DNA of 64,000 nt from Eledone cirrhosa (lineage: Eukaryota), in assembly GCA_964016885.1 (NCBI GenBank), contig OZ024740.1:20584001-20648000 (forward strand), in the 5' to 3' direction. Positions 45,001 to 54,900 of this stretch are shown here, in pieces. How positions within the stretch are numbered: the stretch's first letter is position 1; the number at the start of each line of letters is the position of its first letter. Made by a program: the position numbers and the translations under genes. The notes beneath the pieces were generated by a model. That model saw only the letters and a list, made by a program, of their open reading frames with translations. It searched no databases and had not been told where the DNA came from.

Positions 45001-45821
45001 GCTGACCACTGGTCGCTGATCTCTGTCATGTGAGGTATTGTTGTCCGTCACTGTCATTGACTGCTGACCACTGGTCGCAGATCTCTGTCATGTGAGGTAT
45101 TTTTGTCCATCACTGTCATTGACTGCTGACCACTGGTCGCTGATCTCTGTCATGTGAGGTAATGTTGTCCATCACTGTCATTGACTGCTGACCACTGGTC
45201 GCTGATCTCTGTCATGTGAGGTAATGTTGTCCATCACTGTCATTGACTGCTGACCGCTGGTCGCTGATCTCTGTCATGTGAGGTATTGTTGTCCATTACT
45301 CTCATTGACTGCTGACCACTGGTCGCTGATCTCTGTCATGTGAGGTATTGTTGTCCATCACTGTCATTGACTGCTGACCACTGGTCGCTGAGCTCTATCA
45401 TGTGAGGTATTGTTGTCCATCACTGTCATTGACTGCTGACCACTGGTCGCTGATCTCTGTCATGTGAGGTATTGTTGTCCATCACTGTCATTGACTGCTG
45501 ACCACTGGTCGCAGATCTCTGTCATGTGAGGTATTTTTGTCCATCACTGTCATTGACTGCTGACCACTGGTCGCTGATCTCTGTCATGTGAGGTAATGTT
45601 GTCCATCACTGTCATTGACTGCTGACCACTGGTCGCTGATCTCTGTCATGTGAGGTATTGTTGTCCATTACTCTCATTGACTGCTGACCACTGGTCGCTG
45701 ATCTCTGTCATGTGAGGTATTGTTGTCCATCACTGTCATTGACTGCTGACCACTGGTCGCTGATCTCTATCATGTGAGGTATTGTTGTCCATCACTGTCA
45801 TTGACTGCTGACCACTGGCCG
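1..45821. repeat. 62-bp satellite DNA array (739 full monomers + 8 nt; runs off the left edge)
   Basis: Consensus ACTGGYCGCTGATCTCTGTCATGTGAGGTAWTGTTGTCCATCACTGTCATTGACTGCTGACC repeats head-to-tail. Four short deletions were seen (1 bp at ~11050, ~34050 and ~38575; 2 bp at ~20163). Adding back these 5 nt gives 739x62+8. The array ends abruptly at ...ACTGGCCG|AGACAC. Confidence 0.99.
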
Positions 45822-45860
45822 AGACACGTCGTATATCACGACTCTGTTGATATGACTCAA
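45813..45860 (-). CDS. Candidate 48-nt internal micro-exon (LSHINRVVIYDVSRPV, or ESYQQSRDIRRVSAS in another frame) of an unidentified gene
   Basis: Minus strand: branch-like CTGAC ~27 nt upstream, then TTTCTCT and CCTAG acceptor with no intervening AG. The next 48 nt (a multiple of 3, two open frames) end at G|GTCAGC, a weak donor. No homology evidence. Confidence 0.25.
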
Positions 45861-45939
45861 CTAGGAGTTACGGGTTCATAGAGAAAGTCAGATAAACTAA
45901 GAATGTTTGTATACAACGTCAGATTGATTTGATGTGATT

Positions 45940-48900
45940 TGGGTGTTGTAGTGTCCTACCCTGGTGGGTGTTGTAGTGTCCTACCCTGGTGGGTGTTGTA
46001 GTGTCCTACCCTGGTGGGTGTTGTAGTGTCCTACCCTGGTGGGTGTTGTAGTGTCCTACCCTGGTGGGTGTTGTAGTGTCCTACCCTGGTGGGTGTCGTA
46101 GTGTCCTACCCTGGTGGGTGTTGTGGTGTCCTACCCTGGTGGGTGTTGTAGTGTCCTACCCTGGTGGGTGTTGTAGTGTCCTACCCTGGTGGGTGTCGTA
46201 GTGTCCTACCCTGGTGGGTGTTGTGGTGTCCTACCCTGGTGGGTGTTGTAGTGTCCTACCCTGGTGGGTGTTGTAGTGTCCTACCCTGGTGGGTGTTGTA
46301 GTGTCCTACCCTGGTGGGTGTCGTAGTGTCCTACCCTGGTGGGTGTTGTGGTGTCTTACCCTGGTGGGTGCTGTAGTGTCCTACCCTGGTGGGTGTTGTA
46401 GTGTCCTACCCTGGTGGTTGTTGTGGTGTCCTACCTTGGTGGGTGTTGTAGTGTCCTACCCTGGTGGGTGTTGTAGTGTCCTACCCTGGTGGGTGTTGTA
46501 GTGTCCTACCCTGGTGGGTGTTGTGGTGTGCTACCCTGGTGGGTGTTGTAGTGTCCTACCCTGGTGGGTGTTGTAGTGTCCTACCCTGGTGGGTGTTGTA
46601 GTGTCCTACCCTGGTGGGTGTTGTGGTGTCCTACCCTGGTGGGTGTTGTAGTGTCCTACACTGCTGGGTGTTGTGGTTTCCTTCCCTGGTGGGTGTTGTA
46701 GTGTCCTACCCTGGTGGGTGCTGTAATGTCCTACCCTGCTGGGTGTTGTAGTGTCCTACCCTGGTGGGTGTTGTGGTGTCCTACCTTGGTGGGTGTTGTA
46801 GTGTTCTACCCTGGTGGGTGTTGTGGTGTCCTACCTTGGTGGGTGTTGTAGTGTCCTACCCTGGTGGGTGTTGTAGTGTCCTACCCTGCTGGGTGTTGTG
46901 GTGTCCTTCCCTGGTGGGTGTTGTAGTGTCCTACCCTGGTGGGTATTGTTGTGTCCTACCCTGGTGGGTGTTGTAGTGTCCTACCCTGGTGGGTGTTGTA
47001 GTGTCCTACCCTGGTGGGTGTTGCTGTGTCCTACCCTGGTGGGTGTTGTAGTGTCCTACCCTGGTGGGTGTTGTAGTGTCCTACCCTGGTGGGTGTTGTA
47101 GTGTCCTACCCTGGTGGGTGTTGTGGTGTCCTTCCCTGGTGGGTGTTGTGGTGTCCTTCCCTGGTGGGTGTTGTGGTGTCCTACCCTGGTGGGTGTTGTA
47201 GTGTCCTACCCTGGTGGGTGTTGTGGTGTCCTTTCCTGGTGGGTGATGTGGTGTCCTTCCCTGGTGGGTGTTGTAGTGTCCTACCCTGGTGGGTGTTGTG
47301 GTGTCCTTTCCTGGTGGGTGTTGTGGTGTCCTACCCTGGTGGGTGTTGTAGTGTCCTACCCTGGTAGGTGTTGTAGTGTCCTACCCTGGTGGGTGTTGTA
47401 GTGTCCTTTCCTGGTGGGTGTTGTGCTGTCCTTCCCTGGTGGGTGTTGTGGTGTCCTACCCTGGTGGGTGTTGTAGTGTCCTACCCTGGTGGGTGTTGTG
47501 GTGTCCTTCCCTGGTGGGTGTTGTGGTGTCCTACCCTGGTGGGTGTTGTAGTGTCCTACCCTGCTGGGTGTTGTGGTGTCCTTCCCTGGTGGGTATTGTG
47601 GTGTCCTACCCTGGTGGGTGTTGTAGTGTCCTTTCCTGGTGGGTGTTGTGGTGTCCTACCCTGGTGGGTGTTGTGGTGTCCTACCCTGGTGGGTGTTGTA
47701 GTGTCCTTTCCTGGTGGGTGTTGTGGTGTCCTTCCCTGGTGGGTGTTGTGGTGTCCTACCCTGGTGGGTGTTGTGGTGTCCTACCCTGGTGGGTGTTGTG
47801 GTGTCCTACCCTGGTGGGTGTTGTAGTGTCCTTTCCTGGTGGGTGTTGTGGTGTCCTTCCCTGGTGGGTGTTGTGGTGTCCTACCCTGGTGGGTGTTGTA
47901 GTGTCCTTTCCTGGTGGATGTTGTGGTGTCCTTCCCTGGTGGGTGTTGTGGTGTCCTTCCCTGGTGGGTGTTGTGGTGTCCTACCCTGGTGGGTGTTGTG
48001 GTGTCCTACCCTGGTGGGTGTTGTGGTGTCCTACCCTGCTGGTTGTTGTAGTGTCCTTTCCTGGTGGGTGTTGTGGTGTCCTTCCCTGGTGGGTGTTGTG
48101 GTGTCCTACCCTGGTGGGTGTTGTGGTGTCCTACCCTGGTGGGTGTTGTGGTGTCCTACCCTGGTGGGTGTTGTTGTGTCCTACCCTGGTGGGTGTTGTA
48201 GTGTCCTAGCCTGGTGGGTGTTGTAGTGTCCTAGCCTGGTGGGTGTTGTAGTGTCCTAGCCTGGTGGGTGTTGTAGTGTCCTACCCTGGTGGGTGTTGTA
48301 GTATCCTAGCCTGGTGGGTGTTGTGGTGTCCTACCTTGGTGGGTGTTGTAGTGTCCTACCCTGGTGGGTGTTGTAGTGTCCTACCCTGGTGGGTGTTGTA
48401 GTGTCCTACCCTGGTGGGTGTTGTGGTGTCCTACCCTGGTGGGTGTTGTAGTGTCCTACCCTGGTGGGTGTTGTAATGTCCTACCTTGGTGGGTGTTGTA
48501 GTGTCCTACCCTGGTGGGTGTTGTAGTGTCCTACCCTGGTGGGTGTTGTGGTGTCCTACCCTGGTGGGTGTTGTAGTGTCCTACCCTGGTGGGTGTTGTA
48601 GTGTCCTACCCTGGTGGGTGTTGTAGTGTCCTACCCTGGTGGGTGTTGTAGTGTCCTACCCTGGTGGGTGTTGTGGTGTCCTACCCTGGTGGGTGTTGTT
48701 GTGTCCTACCCTGGTGGGTGTTGTAGTGTCCTAGCCTGCTGGGTGTTGTAGTGTCCTACCCTGGTGGGTGTTGTAATGTCCTACCCTGGTGGGTGCTGTA
48801 GTGTCCTACCCTGGTGGGTGTTGTAGTGTACTACCCTGGTGGGTGTTGTAGTGTCCTACCCTGGTGGGTGTTGTAGTGTACTACCCTGGTGGGTGTTGTA

Positions 48901-51900
48901 GTGTCCTACCCTGGTGGGTGTTGTGGTGGTCCTACCCTGGTGGGTGTTGTAGTGTCCTACCCTGGTGGGTGTTGTGGTGTCCTACCCTGGTGGGTGTTGT
49001 AGTGTCCTACCCTGGTGGGTGTTGTGGTGGTCCTACCCTGGTGGGTGTTGTGGTGGTCCTACCCTGGTGAGTGTTGTAGTGTCCTACCCTGGTGGGTGTT
49101 GTGGTGGTCCTACCCTGGTGGGTGTTGTGGTGGTCCTACCCTGGTGGGTGTTGTGGTGTCCTACCCTGGTGTGTGCTGTAGTGTCCTACCCTGGTGGGTG
49201 TTGTAGTGTCCTACCCTGGTGGGTGTTGTGGTGTCCTACCCTGGTGGGTGTTGTGGTGTCCTACCTTGGTGGGTGTTGTAGTGTCCTACCCTGGTGGGTG
49301 TTGTAGTGTCCTACCCTGGTGGGTGTTGTAGTGTCCTACCTTGGTGGGTGTTGTAGTGTCCTACCCTGGTGGGTGTTGTGGTGTCCTACCCTAGTGGGTG
49401 TTGTAGTGTCCTACCCTGGTGGGTGTTGTGGTGTCCTACCCTGGTGGGTGTTGTGGTGTCCTACCCTGGTGGGTGTTGTGGTGTCCTACCTTGGTGGGTG
49501 TTGTAGTGTCCTACCCTGGTGGGTGTTGTAGTGTCCTACCCTGGTGGGTGTTGTGGTGTCCTACCCTGGTGGGTGTTGTGATGTCCTACCCTGGTGGGTG
49601 TTGTGGTGTCCTACCTTGGTGGGTGTTGTAGTGTCCTACCCTGGTGGGTGTTGTAGTGTCCTACCTTGGTGGGTGTTGTGGTGGTCCTACCCTGGTGGGT
49701 GTTGTAGTGTCCTACCCTGGTGGGTGTTGTAGTGTCCTACCCTGGTGGGTGTTGTGGTGTCCTACCCTGGTGGGTGTTGTGGTGTCCTACCCTGGTGGGT
49801 GTTTTAGTGTCCTACCCTGGTGGGTGTTGTAGTGTCCTACCCTGGTGGGTGTTGTGGTGTCCTACCCTGCTGGGTGTTGTGGTGTCCTACCCTGGTGGGT
49901 GCTGTAGTGTCCTACCCTGGTGGGTGTTGTGGTGTCCTACCCTGGTGGGTGTTGTGGTGTCCTACCCTGGTGGGTGTTGTGGTGTCCTACCCTGGTGGGT
50001 GTTGTGGTGTCCTACCCTGGTGGGTGTTGTGGTGTCCTACCCTGGTGGGTGTTGTAGTGTCCTACCCTGGTGGGTGTTGTAGTGTACTACCCTGGTGGGT
50101 GTTGTAGTGTCCTACCCTGGTGGGTGTTGTGGTGGTCCTACCCTGGTGGGTGTTGTAGTGTCCTACCCTGGTGGGTGTTGTGGTGTCCTACCCTGGTGGG
50201 TGTTGTAGTGTCCTACCCTGGTGGGTGTTGTGGTGGTCCTACCCTGGTGGGTGTTGTGGTGGTCCTACCCTGGTGAGTGTTGTAGTGTCCTACCCTGGTG
50301 GGTGTTGTGGTGGTCCTACCCTGGTGGGTGTTGTGGTGGTCCTACCCTGGTGGGTGTTGTGGTGTCCTACCCTGGTGTGTGCTGTAGTGTCCTACCCTGG
50401 TGGGTGTTGTAGTGTCCTACCCTGGTGGGTGTTGTGGTGTCCTACCCTGGTGGGTGTTGTGGTGTCCTACCTTGGTGGGTGTTGTAGTGTCCTACCCTGG
50501 TGGGTGTTGTAGTGTCCTACCCTGGTGGGTGTTGTAGTGTCCTACCTTGGTGGGTGTTGTAGTGTCCTACCCTGGTGGGTGTTGTGGTGTCCTACCCTAG
50601 TGGGTGTTGTAGTGTCCTACCCTGGTGGGTGTTGTGGTGTCCTACCCTGGTGGGTGTTGTGGTGTCCTACCCTGGTGGGTGTTGTGGTGTCCTACCTTGG
50701 TGGGTGTTGTAGTGTCCTACCCTGGTGGGTGTTGTAGTGTCCTACCCTGGTGGGTGTTGTGGTGTCCTACCCTGGTGGGTGTTGTGATGTCCTACCCTGG
50801 TGGGTGTTGTGGTGTCCTACCTTGGTGGGTGTTGTAGTGTCCTACCCTGGTGGGTGTTGTAGTGTCCTACCTTGGTGGGTGTTGTGGTGGTCCTACCCTG
50901 GTGGGTGTTGTAGTGTCCTACCCTGGTGGGTGTTGTAGTGTCCTACCCTGGTGGGTGTTGTGGTGTCCTACCCTGGTGGGTGTTGTGGTGTCCTACCCTG
51001 GTGGGTGTTTTAGTGTCCTACCCTGGTGGGTGTTGTAGTGTCCTACCCTGGTGGGTGTTGTGGTGTCCTACCCTGCTGGGTGTTGTGGTGTCCTACCCTG
51101 GTGGGTGCTGTAGTGTCCTACCCTGGTGGGTGTTGTGGTGTCCTACCCTGGTGGGTGTTGTGGTGTCCTACCCTGGTGGGTGTTGTGGTGTCCTACCCTG
51201 GTGGGTGTTGTGGTGTCCTACCCTGGTGGGTGTTGTGGTGTCCTACCCTGGTGGGTGTTGTGGTGGTCCTACCCTGGTGGGTGTTGTGGTGTCCTACCTT
51301 GGTGGGTGTTGTAGTGTCCTACCCTGGTGGGTGTTGTAGTGTCCTACCCTGGTGGGTGTTGTGGTGTCCTACCCTGGTGGGTGTTGTAGTGTCCTACCCT
51401 GGTGGGTGTTGTAGTGTCCTACCCTGGTGGGTGCTGTAGTGTCCTACCCTGGTGGGTGTTGTGGTGTCCTACCCTGGTGGGTGTTGTAGTGTCCTACCCT
51501 GGTGGGTGTTGTGGTGTCCTACCCTGGTGTGTGCTGTAGTGTCCTACCCTGGTGGGTGTTGTAGTGTCCTACCCTGGTGGGTGTTGTGGTGTCCTACCCT
51601 GGTGGGTGTTGTGGTGTCCTACCTTGGTGGGTGTTGTAGTGTCCTACCCTGGTGGGTGTTGTAGTGTCCTACCCTGGTGGGTGTTGTAGTGTCCTACCTT
51701 GGTGGGTGTTGTAGTGTCCTACCCTGGTGGGTGTTGTGGTGTCCTACCCTAGTGGGTGTTGTAGTGTCCTACCCTGGTGGGTGTTGTGGTGTCCTACCCT
51801 GGTGGGTGTTGTGGTGTCCTACCCTGGTGGGTGTTGTGGCGTCCTACCTTGGTGGGTGTTGTAGTGTCCTACCCTGGTGGGTGTTGTAGTGTCCTACCCT

Positions 51901-54900
51901 GGTGGGTGTTGTGGTGTCCTACCCTGGTGGGTGTTGTGATGTCCTACCCTGGTGGGTGTTGTGGTGTCCTACCTTGGTGGGTGTTGTAGTGTCCTACCCT
52001 GGTGGGTGTTGTAGTGTCCTACCTTGGTGGGTGTTGTGGTGGTCCTACCCTGGTGGGTGTTGTAGTGTCCTACCCTGGTGGGTGTTGTAGTGTCCTACCC
52101 TGGTGGGTGTTGTGGTGTCCTACCCTGGTGGGTGTTGTGGTGTCCTACCCTGGTGGGTGTTTTAGTGTCCTACCCTGGTGGGTGTTGTAGTGTCCTACCC
52201 TGGTGGGTGTTGTGGTGTCCTACCCTGCTGGGTGTTGTGGTGTCCTACCCTGGTGGGTGCTGTAGTGTCCTACCCTGGTGGGTGTTGTGGTGTCCTACCC
52301 TGGTGGGTGTTGTGGTGTCCTACCCTGGTGGGTGTTGTGGTGTCCTACCCTGGTGGGTGTTGTGGTGTCCTACCCTGGTGGGTGTTGTGGTGTCCTACCC
52401 TGGTGGGTGTTGTAGTGTCCTACCTTGGTGGGTGTTGTGGTGGTCCTACCCTGGTGGGTGTTGTAGTGTCCTACCCTGGTGGGTGTTGTAGTGTCCTACC
52501 CTGGTGGGTGTTGTGGTGTCCTACCCTGGTGGGTGTTGTGGTGTCCTACCCTGGTGGGTGTTTTAGTGTCCTACCCTGGTGGGTGTTGTAGTGTCCTACC
52601 CTGGTGGGTGTTGTGGTGTCCTACCCTGCTGGGTGTTGTGGTGTCCTACCCTGGTGGGTGCTGTAGTGTCCTACCCTGGTGGGTGTTGTGGTGTCCTACC
52701 CTGGTGGGTGTTGTGGTGTCCTACCCTGGTGGGTGTTGTGGTGTCCTACCCTGGTGGGTGTTGTGGTGTCCTACCCTGGTGGGTGTTGTGGTGTCCTACC
52801 CTGGTGGGTGTTGTGGTGGTCCTACCCTGGTGGGTGTTGTGGTGTCCTACCTTGGTGGGTGTTGTAGTGTCCTACCCTGGTGGGTGTTGTAGTGTCCTAC
52901 CCTGGTGGGTGTTGTGGTGTCCTACCCTGGTGGGTGTTGTAGTGTCCTACCCTGGTGGGTGTTGTAGTGTCCTACCCTGGTGGGTGCTGTAGTGTCCTAC
53001 CCTGGTGGGTGTTGTGGTGTCCTACCCTGGTGGGTGTTGTAGTGTCCTACCCTGGTGGGTGTTGTTGTGTCCTACCCTGGTGGGTGTTGTAGTGTCCTAC
53101 CTTGGTGGGTGTTGTAGTGTCCTACCCTGGTGGGTGTTGTGGTGTCCTACCCTGGTGGGTGTTGTAATGTCCTACCTTGGTGGGTGTTGTAGTGTCCTAC
53201 CTTGGTGGGTGTTGTAGTGTCCTACCCTGGTGGGTGTTGTAGTGTCCTACCCTGGTGGGTGTTGTAGTGTCCTACCATGGTGGGTGTTGTAGTGTCCTAC
53301 CTTGGTGGGTGTTGTAGTGTCCTACCCTGGTGGGTGTTGTAGTGTCCTACCCTGGTGGGTGTTGTAGTGTCCTACCCTGCTGGGTGTTGTGGTGTCCTAC
53401 CCTGGAGGGTGCTGTGGTGTCCTACCCTGGTGGGTGTTGTGGTGTCCTACCTTGGTGGGTGTTGTGGTGTCCTACCCTGGTGGGTGTTGTAGTGTCCTAC
53501 CCTGGTGGGTGTTGTAGTGTCCTACCCTGGTGGGTGTTGTGGTGGTCCTACCCTTGTGGGTGTTGTAGTGTCCGACCTTGGTGGGTGTTGTAGTGTCCTA
53601 CCCTGGTGGGTGTTGTAGTGTCCTACCCTGGTGGGTGTTGTCGTGTCCTACCCTGGTGGGTGTTGTAGTGTCCTAGCCTGTTGGGTGTTGTAGTGTCCTA
53701 CCCTGGTGGGTGTTGTAGTGTCCTACCCTGCTGGGTGTTGTGGTGTCCTACCCTGGTGGGTGTTGTAGTGTCCTAGCCTGGTGGGTGTTGTAGTGTCCTA
53801 CCCTGGTGGGTGTTGTGGTGTCCTACCCTGGTGGGTGTTGTAGTGTCCTACCCTGGTGGGTGTTGTAGTGTCCTACCCTGGTGGGTGTTGTAGTGTCCTA
53901 GCCTGTTGGGTGTTGTAGTGTCCTACCCTGGTGGGTGTTGTGGTGTCCTACCCTGCTGGGTGTTGTAGTGTCCTACCCTGGTGGGTGTTGTAGTGTCCTA
54001 CCCTGGTGGGTGTTGTGGTGTCCTACCCTGGTGGGTGTTGTGATGTCCTACCCTGGTGGGTGTTGTGGTGTCCTACCTTGGTGGGTGTTGTAGTGTCCTA
54101 CCCTGGTGGGTGTTGTAGTGTCCTACCTTGGTGGGTGTTGTGGTGGTCCTACCCTGGTGGGTGTTGTAGTGTCCTACCCTGGTGGGTGTTGTAGTGTCCT
54201 ACCCTGGTGGGTGTTGTGGTGTCCTACCCTGGTGGGTGTTGTAGTGTCCTACCCTGGTGGGTGTTGTAGTGTCCTACCCTGGTGGGTGCTGTAGTGTCCT
54301 ACCCTGGTGGGTGTTGTGGTGTCCTACCCTGGTGGGTGTTGTAGTGTCCTACCCTGGTGGGTGTTGTTGTGTCCTACCCTGGTGGGTGTTGTAGTGTCCT
54401 ACCTTGGTGGGTGTTGTAGTGTCCTACCCTGGTGGGTGTTGTGGTGTCCTACCCTGGTGGGTGTTGTAATGTCCTACCTTGGTGGGTGTTGTAGTGTCCT
54501 ACCTTGGTGGGTGTTGTAGTGTCCTACCCTGGTGGGTGTTGTAGTGTCCTACCCTGGTGGGTGTTGTAGTGTCCTACCATGGTGGGTGTTGTAGTGTCCT
54601 ACCTTGGTGGGTGTTGTAGTGTCCTACCCTGGTGGGTGTTGTAGTGTCCTACCCTGGTGGGTGTTGTAGTGTCCTACCCTGCTGGGTGTTGTGGTGTCCT
54701 ACCCTGGAGGGTGCTGTGGTGTCCTACCCTGGTGGGTGTTGTGGTGTCCTACCTTGGTGGGTGTTGTGGTGTCCTACCCTGGTGGGTGTTGTAGTGTCCT
54801 ACCCTGGTGGGTGTTGTAGTGTCCTACCCTGGTGGGTGTTGTGGTGGTCCTACCCTTGTGGGTGTTGTAGTGTCCGACCTTGGTGGGTGTTGTAGTGTCC

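Noticed and set aside
1-45821. 62-bp array as a CRISPR array, coding repeat or ribozyme-bearing satellite
   Set aside because: No unique spacers or cas genes; the unit is not a multiple of 3 and has TGA stops on both strands; no CUGANGA plus GAAA core on either strand.
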